Assembly (NCBI GenBank): GCA_003353955.1
Contig: PIVJ01000005.1
Coordinates: 479-64,478 of the forward strand
Origin: Bacteroidota bacterium
Lineage (GTDB): Bacteria > Bacteroidota > Bacteroidia > Bacteroidales > GCA-2711565
Length of the DNA: 64,000 nucleotides
Direction: 5' to 3'
This document shows positions 49,604 to 58,672 of the stretch, one piece after another. A model generated the notes under the pieces. It saw only the letters and a program-made list of their open reading frames with translations, did not search any database and had not been told where the DNA came from. Position numbers and translations under genes: made by a program. Position 1 is the stretch's first letter; the number at the start of each line of letters is the position of its first letter.

Positions 49604-50260
49604 ATGAGAGGAGATATACTAATACTTGACAAAAATCATCGAAAAGCAGCTCGGCAATCCACCGCTTTTTTCTTGGATAAAGTTAAAACTTCAAATCGAA
49701 AATTTGTAATTTCTGTTGCCGGCGAATCCGGTGCGGGGAAATCTGAAATTGCTGCATCAATTTCAGATATTCTCACTGAAAATAATATCAGCAGTTTTAT
49801 TATTCAACAAGACGATTATTTTGTTTATCCGCCCAAAACAAATGCAAAGAAACGGCTCGAAGATATTGCATGGGTGGGAATGGATGAAGTTAAACTTGAT
49901 CTCATTAAAAAAGAAATATCTCAGGTATTAGCCGGTGAAACGAAACTAATTAAACCACTTGTAATTTTTGATGAAGACAAAATTGTAACTGAAGAAATTG
50001 ATTTATCTGATATCCAAGTACTAATTATTGAAGGCACTTATATTACCACAATTAATAATATAGATACGCGAATATTCATCGATCGGGATTATAATGACAC
50101 ACGTCAATCAAGACTTAAACGCAGCAGAGAAAAGCAGGATGATTTTCTGGAAAGGATATTATTGATTGAGCACCAAATTATATCTAAACATAAAAGGCTG
50201 GCTGATATAATCATCACTAAAGATTTTAACGCAACTAAATCTACCAATAATGACGAATAA
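49604..50260 (+). CDS. Uridine kinase/phosphoribulokinase-family P-loop kinase
   Basis: Walker A VAGESGAGKSEIA, then QQDDYF and LIIEGTY...DTRIFID...R..R pattern of the PRK/uridine kinase family. The start is uncertain (49529, 49547 or 49604). Confidence 0.65.
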   Translation: MRGDILILDKNHRKAARQSTAFFLDKVKTSNRKFVISVAGESGAGKSEIAASISDILTENNISSFIIQQDDYFVYPPKTNAKKRLEDIAWVGMDEVKLDLIKKEISQVLAGETKLIKPLVIFDEDKIVTEEIDLSDIQVLIIEGTYITTINNIDTRIFIDRDYNDTRQSRLKRSREKQDDFLERILLIEHQIISKHKRLADIIITKDFNATKSTNNDE

Positions 50261-51506
50261 TATTAAAAGCATTGCCATGCTTAGTACGCATGGATATTTT
50301 GATCCCATCCCCCAATTAGGACGAACAGATACTGGCGGACAAGTTGTTTATGTATTGGAGTTGGCGAAAGCCATCTCAAAACTTGGGATAAAAGTTGATA
50401 TCTACACACGCTGGTTTGATAAAGATAAAAAGCAAGTTGATCCTGTCCAGGGCTATCCTGACGTAAACATTGTGAGAATAAAAGCCGGTCCATGGGAATT
50501 TATTCCCAAAGAATTTATATACGAGGTTTTGCCTGAGCTTTCAACCAATATGATCGACTTTATTAAGGAGAATAAATTAACTTACGATTTATATCACGGT
50601 CATTATGTAGATGCCGGAATTGTTGCTATCGACGTTGCCAAGGCTTTTAAAAAGCCATCTTATTTTACAGCACATTCTTTGGGAGCATGGAAAAAAGATC
50701 AAATGGGTGGAGACCCTGCTGAGATGGAACAGAAGTTTAATTTCGAACATCGAATTAGAGAAGAGCGTAGAATCTTCATGGCTGTTAAAGCGCAAAGTGT
50801 GACTTCTATTGTTCAACTAGAGAAGCTGAAAGAATTATATGGATATACCGCTGACAATATTGTTGATATCCCACCGGGAGTTGACATTCATACTTACGAC
50901 CTTCCGAGCAAAGATGAACTCAATCAAAAGACAAAGCTGCCTCAAAAATATGTTTTTTGTATAAGTAGAATTGACACCAATAAAGGGCATGATCTCCTGT
51001 TATATGCATTCGATCTGGTTCGTAAACGAATTAATAACATTGATTTGGTCATAGGCGGAGGCTCACCAAATCCAAAGAAACGAGAAATTGATCTATATCA
51101 GAAGATGAAAGATATCATCAATAATAAAGGGATGCAGGATCGAGTACAATTAATAGGATATGTGCCTGATGAACTTATGCCAATTTATTATCAACAATCA
51201 GATATGTTTGTATTACCCTCGCTTTTTGAGCCCTTTGGAATGACCACTCAAGAAGCTATGGCATGCGGAAAAGCTGTCATTGCATCCAAATTTGGAGGAA
51301 TAAGAAATGTAATTGAGCATGACGTTAATGGATTATTAGTTGACCCATCTAATGCAACGGAATTTGCTGAAGCAATGATTGGCTTACTAAAAGATAAAAC
51401 AAAAATGGAAATGATCGGGAAGAATGCTTACCGAACGGTTCAGGATCATTTTAGCTGGGAAGCAATCGCAAATCGATTCATCGATTTCTATACAAAATTC
51501 ATATAA
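50250..51506 (+). CDS. GT4 glycosyltransferase, sucrose-phosphate-synthase-like
   Basis: 418 aa. N-terminal HGYFDP..QLGRTDTGGQVVYVLELAKA is typical of sucrose(-phosphate)/mannosylfructose-phosphate synthases. C-terminal EPFGMTTQEAMACG is the EX7E motif. Overlaps the kinase gene by 11 nt. Confidence 0.7.
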   Translation: MTNNIKSIAMLSTHGYFDPIPQLGRTDTGGQVVYVLELAKAISKLGIKVDIYTRWFDKDKKQVDPVQGYPDVNIVRIKAGPWEFIPKEFIYEVLPELSTNMIDFIKENKLTYDLYHGHYVDAGIVAIDVAKAFKKPSYFTAHSLGAWKKDQMGGDPAEMEQKFNFEHRIREERRIFMAVKAQSVTSIVQLEKLKELYGYTADNIVDIPPGVDIHTYDLPSKDELNQKTKLPQKYVFCISRIDTNKGHDLLLYAFDLVRKRINNIDLVIGGGSPNPKKREIDLYQKMKDIINNKGMQDRVQLIGYVPDELMPIYYQQSDMFVLPSLFEPFGMTTQEAMACGKAVIASKFGGIRNVIEHDVNGLLVDPSNATEFAEAMIGLLKDKTKMEMIGKNAYRTVQDHFSWEAIANRFIDFYTKFI

Positions 51507-51531
51507 TTGTACTATAGCACAATTTGAAATT

Positions 51532-52387
51532 ATGATTACAATCTTCCTTGTTGTGTTAATGTCATCATCTATTTTTATAACCTTTAAAATATTCAATCGG
51601 TTTAAGATCGATAATTTTCAAGCGATTGCAGTTAATTACTTTATTGCACTCGTCGTTGGTATTTTTGTCATTTCTGATAAAAGTATATTAACTGAAGTAT
51701 TCATACAACCCTGGATTCTTTGTGCAATTATTACCGGTGTTTTATTCATTGTTGTTTTTTTACTATTTTCGCTATCATCCCAAAAAGCAGGAATTGCAAT
51801 CACTGCTATATTCAGTAAAATGTCTGTAATTATCCCGGTAATTTTAGGTGTTTTTCTTTATAATGAACAATTTAATACCTTTAAGATAATAGGTGGAGTG
51901 GCAACTCTTTTCGCATTTATACTAATTTTTTACAAAAAAAATAAAGAAAATCTTGATTACAGGCTAATGCTTTTCCCAATTCTTATTTTCATTGGAAACG
52001 GGATGATAGATTCAACGCTAAAATATGCTGAATATCACTTCATCCAGCATGATATTATATTTTTCTTAACAACTATTTTCGCTACAGCATTTAGTGTTGG
52101 CGCTATCGTTTCAATTCTAAGGTATGTGATAAATAGACACAAAGTCCAACTAAAAAATGTTTCTGGAGGGGTGATTCTCCGATTGCTTAATTTCGGTACG
52201 ACCTATTTTTATGATAAAAACAATGGGAATGTTTGAAAGTAATGTACTCTTTCCATTGCAAAATGTTGGGATTGTAATGCTAACTGCAATCATTGGGCTA
52301 CTTGTTTTCAAGGAAAGACTATCTGTAATAAATTGGATTGGGATATTTGTTTCCGTTTTAGCAATGTTATTAATCGCCTTTGCTTAA
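51532..52387 (+). pseudogene. EamA/DMT-family transporter with a +1 frameshift in a T5 run (pseudogene or sequencing error)
   Basis: Polytopic membrane ORF from MITIFLVVLM. The frame ends at 52236, but the last two TM helices (MIKTMGMFESNVLFPLQNVGIVMLTAIIGLLVFKERLSVINWIGIFVSVLAMLLIAFA) continue in the next frame up to the TAA at 52385-52387. The switch point is TTTTT at 52206-52210. Confidence 0.6.
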
Positions 52388-52397
52388 TAAAAAGAAT

Positions 52398-53012
52398 ATG
52401 CTTTTTGAAGACACATATAAAACAATCTCAAAAGAGTCTGAAGGACTTTTTAAAGACAGAGGTAGTAAATTTATAGCAAAAGCATATCCTGTTCAGACTG
52501 AAACACAAGTAAAAGGATATCTTGAATCTCTCAGAAAAGAATATCACGATGCAAGACACCACTGCTATGCTTATCAACTCGGATTTGATAAATCGACCTA
52601 TAGAACAAACGATGATGGCGAACCATCCGGAACGGCAGGCCGACCAATATTTGGTCAAATATCATCATTCGATTTAACCAATGTTTTAATAGTAGTTATC
52701 AGATATTTCGGGGGTGCTAAGCTTGGTGTCAGTGGACTTATCAGTGCTTATAAAACTGCCAGTAAAGAAGCGATTTTAAGTACCAGAATTATTACCAAAA
52801 CAATCAATTATGTGTATCAAATTGATTATCAATATACAGAAATGAATGAGGTTATGAAAATCTTAAAGGAGTACAAATTAAAACCATCTCAAAAAAGATT
52901 CGATTCGGAATGCAATCTGGAATTTCAGGTTAGGAAAGGTGAATCAAATACTGTTTATAAAAAGATGACTCAGGTTAATAATCTCAGTATCAAATTCTTA
53001 AGAACGATCTGA
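52398..53012 (+). CDS. YigZ/IMPACT family protein (UPF0029)
   Basis: KDRGSKFIA, ARHHCYAYQLG and DDGEPSGTAGRPI motifs. Start taken at the ATG at 52398. Confidence 0.8.
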   Translation: MLFEDTYKTISKESEGLFKDRGSKFIAKAYPVQTETQVKGYLESLRKEYHDARHHCYAYQLGFDKSTYRTNDDGEPSGTAGRPIFGQISSFDLTNVLIVVIRYFGGAKLGVSGLISAYKTASKEAILSTRIITKTINYVYQIDYQYTEMNEVMKILKEYKLKPSQKRFDSECNLEFQVRKGESNTVYKKMTQVNNLSIKFLRTI

Positions 53013-53036
53013 GTTAAGAAATCTTATTCTATCATT

Positions 53037-53183
53037 TAAATTGGTATTCATTAGTAATGAAGCTCCCCGCCGCAAGCGGACGAGGTATCATGATGGATTT
53101 TATTTTATATTCCCCCAAGGTGCGGGGAATATTATTTCGCCTAATTAATTGTGTTTCACAAGATCAAAGTCTCACTGACTCAA
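53037..53183 (+). repeat. GC-rich intergenic repeat element, copy B (upstream of dnaA)
   Basis: Second copy of the element at 20651-20832, in the same orientation. The core is 53056-53183 and ends 219 nt upstream of the dnaA ATG. Confidence 0.7.
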
Positions 53184-53401
53184 TTACCAAAATTTTATCC
53201 TTTTATGTACGAATAAAAAAGATAAAAATCAAGTGATATTTTGTTTTTTTCTTAACTAATTTAATCACATATTTGTTAATTGTTTTTGCAGTTTCCTATA
53301 TGAATGGGTTTCAACAAATAACTCAATTTAGATATTGAGTTTCATATATATACTAGAATCTTATTAAAAAAATAAACATAACGCTTAATTAATTTCTGCT
53401 G

Positions 53402-54838
53402 ATGAAAAAGAATCACGTTGAGGTATGGGATAATTGCCTAAGTGTAATAAAAGACAATATCCACTACCAGAGCTTCAAAACATGGTTTGAACCTATTTCT
53501 CCACTAAAGTTAGACAACAATGTTTTAACAATTCAGGTTCCTAGTCAGTTTTTTTATGAATGGTTAGAAGAACATTACATTAGTTTGTTAAAAAAAACTA
53601 TTACAAAAGAGCTTGGATCTGATGGAAGACTTGAGTATAGTATCATTATGGATAGTTCTACTACTAATAAGGAACCATACTCTATCAAGGTTCCAACCTC
53701 AAATAGAAAAGACACTAAAAACCCAGCGGTAGCTATGCCTATAGATTTAAACAAAGGTAAGTCAAGAGATATACCAAATCCATTCATCATTCCGGGGCTC
53801 AAAAAAATCAAGGTTCAATCACAACTTGTTGACTCATACTCATTTGAACGCTTTATTGAAGGCGATTGTAATCGCTTAGCCAGATCAGCCGGATATGCTG
53901 TTGCTGAAAATCCTGGAAGAACCTCATTTAACCCGCTCTATCTGTACAGCAATGTCGGTTTGGGGAAAACTCACCTAGCTCATGCAATTGGACTTCAGGT
54001 GAAAAATAACTTTCCCAATCTAACGGTACTTTATGTTTCCACTGAACAGTTCATGGCTCAATATATCGAGTCGGTTAGAAATAACAATCAGAATGACTTT
54101 GTACACTTCTACCAGATGATTGATGTATTAATAGTTGACGATATTCAGTTTTTAGCAGGCAAAGAAAAAACACAAGATGTTTTCTTTCATGTATTTAATT
54201 ACCTGCACCAGAAAAGCAAACAAATTATCATTTCTTCAGACAAAGCTCCTGTAGAAATGAAAGGCATGGAGCCACGATTATTATCCAGGTTTAAATGGGG
54301 ATTAGCAGCCGATTTGCAAATACCTGATTTAGAAACCAGAATTGCTATTCTACAAAAGAGAATTTACAGCGATGGAATCGATGTTCCTTATGAAGTTATA
54401 GAATATTTAGCTTATAGTGTTACAACTAATGTTAGAGAGTTGGAAGGAGCCTTAATCTCAATAATGGCACAGTCTTCACTAAATAAGAAAGCAATCAACC
54501 TTGATTTGGCACACCAGATGATTGATAAATTTGTGAAGAGCACCTCAAAAGAGATTTCTATAGATTACATCCAAAAAGCAGTATGCGATTATTTTAACTT
54601 GCCTGTTGATATTATCAACTCTAAAACTCGCAAACGAGAGATCGTTCAAGCACGTCAACTAGCTATGTATTTTTCAAAGAAACATACTAAATCCTCGTTG
54701 GCAACTATCGGTATGCATTGTGGTAATAAAGATCATGCTACCGTTCTGCATGCATGTCGTACCGTAAATAATTTGGTAGAAACTGATAAACAATTCAGAG
54801 TCTATGTTGAAGAATTAGACAAGAAGATAAAATTATAA
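53402..54838 (+). CDS. dnaA: Chromosomal replication initiator protein DnaA
   Basis: 478 aa. AAA+ Walker A SNVGLGKTHLAHAIG, Walker B LIVDDIQF and C-terminal DNA-binding signature IVQARQLAMYFSKKHT...KDHATVLHACR. Confidence 0.95.
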   Translation: MKKNHVEVWDNCLSVIKDNIHYQSFKTWFEPISPLKLDNNVLTIQVPSQFFYEWLEEHYISLLKKTITKELGSDGRLEYSIIMDSSTTNKEPYSIKVPTSNRKDTKNPAVAMPIDLNKGKSRDIPNPFIIPGLKKIKVQSQLVDSYSFERFIEGDCNRLARSAGYAVAENPGRTSFNPLYLYSNVGLGKTHLAHAIGLQVKNNFPNLTVLYVSTEQFMAQYIESVRNNNQNDFVHFYQMIDVLIVDDIQFLAGKEKTQDVFFHVFNYLHQKSKQIIISSDKAPVEMKGMEPRLLSRFKWGLAADLQIPDLETRIAILQKRIYSDGIDVPYEVIEYLAYSVTTNVRELEGALISIMAQSSLNKKAINLDLAHQMIDKFVKSTSKEISIDYIQKAVCDYFNLPVDIINSKTRKREIVQARQLAMYFSKKHTKSSLATIGMHCGNKDHATVLHACRTVNNLVETDKQFRVYVEELDKKIKL

Positions 54839-54952
54839 TAATACACTAGCTTGGATTTTACACAACTACTAGCTAATTTTATTAATTGAGTAAGGTTGAT
54901 ACTTTGAAATCATTGATAAATTTTCGGCCTAACTCCTAAAATATCTCAAGTG

Positions 54953-55402
54953 ATGAAAATTTTATTTGTTTGTCTGGGTAATATTTGTAAATCTCCTTTA
55001 GCCAAAGGAATTCTAAAGCTCAAACTCAAAGAAAAGAACAAAACTGCTGTTGTTGATTCTGCTGGCTTTGAATCATATCACATAAATGAACCACCCGATC
55101 AGCGAGTCATTAAGATCGCAAAAAAAGCTGGGATTGACATTTCTAAAGAAAGCTGTAGGCTTTTTACTACCGAAGATTTTGATAAATTCGACATAATCTA
55201 TATTATGGACGCATCAAATTATAAGGACTTGCAATATTTTTCAAGAAATGAAGAAGACATAAAAAAAGCACATTATTTGATGAGTGTAATTGATGGAAAG
55301 AACAAAACAGTTCCTGGTTCTTTTTATGAAGGTGATGCCGAATTTGAAAAAGCTTTCAAGTTAATTGACAGCGCTTGCGAAATAATAGCAGAACAGATTT
55401 AA
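54953..55402 (+). CDS. Low-molecular-weight phosphotyrosine phosphatase homologue with degenerate active site
   Basis: 149 aa with clear LMW-PTP architecture (MKILFVCLGNIC.SPLA, VDSAG). The P-loop reads CLGNICKS instead of CX5R(S/T), and the DP loop reads VPGSFYEG instead of VPDPYYGG. Confidence 0.75.
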   Translation: MKILFVCLGNICKSPLAKGILKLKLKEKNKTAVVDSAGFESYHINEPPDQRVIKIAKKAGIDISKESCRLFTTEDFDKFDIIYIMDASNYKDLQYFSRNEEDIKKAHYLMSVIDGKNKTVPGSFYEGDAEFEKAFKLIDSACEIIAEQI

Positions 55403-55423
55403 TAATTTATTAGTACATCGAAA

Positions 55424-56377
55424 TTGGATAATTTAACAGAGCCTGACATTGATACGATAAATCAGGCACATAATCGAATAAAAAACTACATTCACCGAAC
55501 CCCCATCCATTCTTCACAACTATTAAATAAAATAATTGGCGCTGAGATCTATTTCAAATGCGAGAACTTTCAAAAAGTTGGGGCATTTAAATCAAGGGGT
55601 GCAGTTAATGCGGTTTACTCTTTAAGCGAAGACCAATTAAAATATGGTGTTTGCACACATTCGTCAGGCAACCATGCTCAGGCTTTAGCACGCGCCGCTA
55701 AACTTAGGAATATCAAAGCATTTATTGTAATGCCCGAGAATTCACCCATTGTAAAAGTAGACGCAGTTAAACAATATAGCGGTGAGATCACTTTTTGTAA
55801 ACCCACACTGGAGGCACGAGAAAATACGATTAAAGAAATAATTAAAAAAACCAAGGCTACCGAAATCCATCCTTACAATGATTACAGGATCATAGCCGGT
55901 CAGGCTACTGCAGCTAAGGAATTTATTGAGGATCGGCCTGAATTAGATATAATTATGGTACCCGTTGGTGGCGGTGGATTACTGAGTGGGACAGCATTAG
56001 CTATAAGATTTTTATCGCCTAAGACAAGAGTTATCGCCGCTGAACCGGAAAATGCTAACGATGCTTATCGTTCATTCAATGCTAAGAAGTTCTACCCATC
56101 AATCGAACCTAAAACAATTGCTGATGGATTATTAACATCGCTTGGCACACTAACTTTTCCTATTATTATTAAATACGTTGATCAAATTGTAACAGTAAGT
56201 GAACCAACGATTATAGAAGCCATGAAATTAATTTGGGAAAGATTAAAAATCATCATTGAACCTTCTTCGGCGGTACCCCTCGCCAGCATGATGGAAAACA
56301 AATTTGATTTTCAAAATAAAAAGATCGGAATTATTATCTCTGGTGGTAACATCGATCTAAATAAAGTTCCATTTTAA
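55424..56377 (+). CDS. PLP-dependent threonine/serine dehydratase family protein (serine racemase-like)
   Basis: 317 aa, TTG start. PLP-lysine motif FKCENFQKVGAFKSRGA and glycine loop VPVGGGGLLSG. Confidence 0.8.
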   Translation: MDNLTEPDIDTINQAHNRIKNYIHRTPIHSSQLLNKIIGAEIYFKCENFQKVGAFKSRGAVNAVYSLSEDQLKYGVCTHSSGNHAQALARAAKLRNIKAFIVMPENSPIVKVDAVKQYSGEITFCKPTLEARENTIKEIIKKTKATEIHPYNDYRIIAGQATAAKEFIEDRPELDIIMVPVGGGGLLSGTALAIRFLSPKTRVIAAEPENANDAYRSFNAKKFYPSIEPKTIADGLLTSLGTLTFPIIIKYVDQIVTVSEPTIIEAMKLIWERLKIIIEPSSAVPLASMMENKFDFQNKKIGIIISGGNIDLNKVPF

Positions 56378-56383
56378 GATCTG

Positions 56384-57103
56384 ATGACAACCACTAAATA
56401 CATTAAACGATTATTCCTCATTCCAACAACTTTGGGGGATTCAGAATATTATCAGGTTTTCCCCCAAATTAATAAAGAAATCATACTTAAACTTTCCACT
56501 TTCATTGTTGAAGACCTTCGATCGGCACGTCGCTTTTTGAAGAAAAATAAGTATCCCGGAAATTTTGATGATACAACTTTCTACCTTTTAAATGAACACA
56601 CACGAGAAGAAGAAACCATCTCATATTTAATATCTGAGAATAATAATGAAGAAATTGGATTAATGTCAGAAGCAGGCATGCCTTGCCTTGCAGATCCTGG
56701 CAGCTTAATTGTTAAGCAAGCTCATCATTTGGGGGTTCGTGTTATTCCGCTAACCGGTCCTTCTTCAATCATTTTGGCTTTGATCGCTTCAGGGTTTACC
56801 GGGCAAAATTTCTTATTTCATGGTTATCTTCCAATTAAATTAAACGAACGAATAAAGGTGATTAAGGAAATAGAAAACGATGCATGGAAGAAAGACCAAA
56901 CACAGATATTTATTGAAGCCCCATACAGAAATCAAAAACTCTTGAACTCAATATTAGATGTTTGCAATAAGAATACCATGTTATGCATTGCAACCGACAT
57001 AACACTTAGGTCAGAATTTATTGTTAGCAAACCAATACGGGAATGGAGAAAAGCACCTCCTGAAATCAATAAGAAACCAACTGTATTTCTATTATCCAAA
57101 TAG
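56384..57103 (+). CDS. SAM-dependent methyltransferase, tetrapyrrole-methylase superfamily (RsmI-like)
   Basis: 239 aa. SEAGMPCLADPG and IPLTGPSSIILALIASG motifs. Confidence 0.7.
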   Translation: MTTTKYIKRLFLIPTTLGDSEYYQVFPQINKEIILKLSTFIVEDLRSARRFLKKNKYPGNFDDTTFYLLNEHTREEETISYLISENNNEEIGLMSEAGMPCLADPGSLIVKQAHHLGVRVIPLTGPSSIILALIASGFTGQNFLFHGYLPIKLNERIKVIKEIENDAWKKDQTQIFIEAPYRNQKLLNSILDVCNKNTMLCIATDITLRSEFIVSKPIREWRKAPPEINKKPTVFLLSK

Positions 57104-57107
57104 ATAC

Positions 57108-57614
57108 TTAATGATGCGCATCATCAGATCCATGCACATGCCCATGATCCAATTCTTCTTTTGTAGCTACTCTTACGTCGAGAATCTCCCCTTGAAAATG
57201 CAGATCTTGTCCTGCCAACGGATGGTTAAAATCCAAAGTCAGTTTCTCATCAGCGATCTTCAAAAGCTTACCATTTAAATGATGACCTTTCTCATTTTGC
57301 ATTGGAATGACTTTCCCAACAACTAGAAGTTCTTCATCTAATTTTCCTTCCACTTCAAAAATCTTTTTATCCAAATTAACAATAGCTTCTTTGCTATGAT
57401 GCCCATAACCCTCTTCGGCAGATAATATAAAAGTGAATTTATCAGCAACGGTAAGACCTTCTAAGTTCTTTTCAAAAACAGGTAGCAAGCCCCCAACCCC
57501 AAACAAATACACAAATGGGTTCTCCTTCTCAACCTTCTGAACAGATTCTCCATTTTCATCATTTAATCGTAGTTCATAGGTCATTGAAACTACCTCATTT
57601 TTCGATATTTTCAT
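57108..57614 (-). CDS. slyD: FKBP-type peptidyl-prolyl isomerase SlyD with short His-rich tail
   Basis: 168 aa. SlyD-type FKBP and insert-in-flap pattern (HPLAGQDLHFQGEILDVR), C-terminal HGHVHGSDDAHH. Confidence 0.8.
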   Translation of the reverse strand: MKISKNEVVSMTYELRLNDENGESVQKVEKENPFVYLFGVGGLLPVFEKNLEGLTVADKFTFILSAEEGYGHHSKEAIVNLDKKIFEVEGKLDEELLVVGKVIPMQNEKGHHLNGKLLKIADEKLTLDFNHPLAGQDLHFQGEILDVRVATKEELDHGHVHGSDDAHH

Positions 57615-57659
57615 TTTATTAGTTTAAAATATTATTATGTTTTTTTTTTAATAAGCTTG

Positions 57660-57667
57660 CAAAGTTA
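57660..57667 (-). promoter_or_regulatory. Bacteroidota-type -7 box TAnnTTTG upstream of slyD
   Basis: TAACTTTG on the minus strand, 46 nt upstream of the ATG at 57614. Confidence 0.45.
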
Positions 57668-57760
57668 CAAATTCCAATACAAAAAAATACACGTTTATTT
57701 GTAATGATTTTTATTTAACTTCGTCTTTAACATAATTGTATTAATTAAAAACTATAAATC

Positions 57761-58672
57761 TTGAGTGAAGTTGTACTTTCCATCGATAAACTCTCTAAAC
57801 GATATGGAAGGATTAAAGCCCTTGATGAACTATCGTTAGATATTGAAAAAGGAAACATATTTGGAATATTGGGTCCGAACGGAAGTGGGAAAACCACCAC
57901 ATTAGGCATTGTGCTTGATGCTATAAATGCTACGTCAGGGAGCTTTAAGTGGTTTGGAGAAACACCTACAAAAAATCATCGAAAAAAAATAGGTGCTATT
58001 CTCGAATCACCGGTATTTTACCCCTATATGTCGGCCACAAAGAACCTGGAAATTATTGCAGAAATAAAAAGTGCTTCTTATGATCAAATTCCTGAAGTAC
58101 TTAAAACCGTTGATCTCTTCGAGCGGAGAAACAGTAAATTCAGAACTTATTCGTTAGGGATGAAACAACGCCTTGCAATTGCAGCTGCGCTACTTGGAAA
58201 ACCCGAGGTTCTCATTCTTGACGAGCCCACAAATGGACTCGATCCAAAAGGAATATCAGAGATTAGAGATATTATAAAGAAAATTGCCAGTGTTGGATTA
58301 ACGCTGGTTTTAGCCAGTCATCTGCTTGATGAAGTTCAGAAGGTATGCACCCATGTCGCTATTCTGGAGAAAGGCAAAAAACTATTTTCGGGCAGAATAA
58401 ATGAAATATTGAAAGAAACTCTTTATGTTGAAGTGGGTAGCCCTGACATGAAAGCACTTCATGCTTCACTAAGTATTTTTAATAAAGTTCAAATTGTTGA
58501 AGCAGACGATAATGTAATTGCTGTGAAACTCGATGAGAAAATGGATAGTTCAGAGCTAAATAAATATCTTTTAGAAAAAGGCATTTCAATTTCTCATATT
58601 TCCATCAAAAAGAAAAGTTTAGAAAATTATTTTTTAGAATTATTAGCTGAATCTCATGATAAGACTTCTTAA
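57761..58672 (+). CDS. ABC transporter ATP-binding protein (ABC-2 type)
   Basis: 303 aa, TTG start. Walker A GPNGSGKTT, signature YSLGMKQRLAIAAAL, Walker B LILDEPTNGLD. Confidence 0.85.
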   Translation: MSEVVLSIDKLSKRYGRIKALDELSLDIEKGNIFGILGPNGSGKTTTLGIVLDAINATSGSFKWFGETPTKNHRKKIGAILESPVFYPYMSATKNLEIIAEIKSASYDQIPEVLKTVDLFERRNSKFRTYSLGMKQRLAIAAALLGKPEVLILDEPTNGLDPKGISEIRDIIKKIASVGLTLVLASHLLDEVQKVCTHVAILEKGKKLFSGRINEILKETLYVEVGSPDMKALHASLSIFNKVQIVEADDNVIAVKLDEKMDSSELNKYLLEKGISISHISIKKKSLENYFLELLAESHDKTS

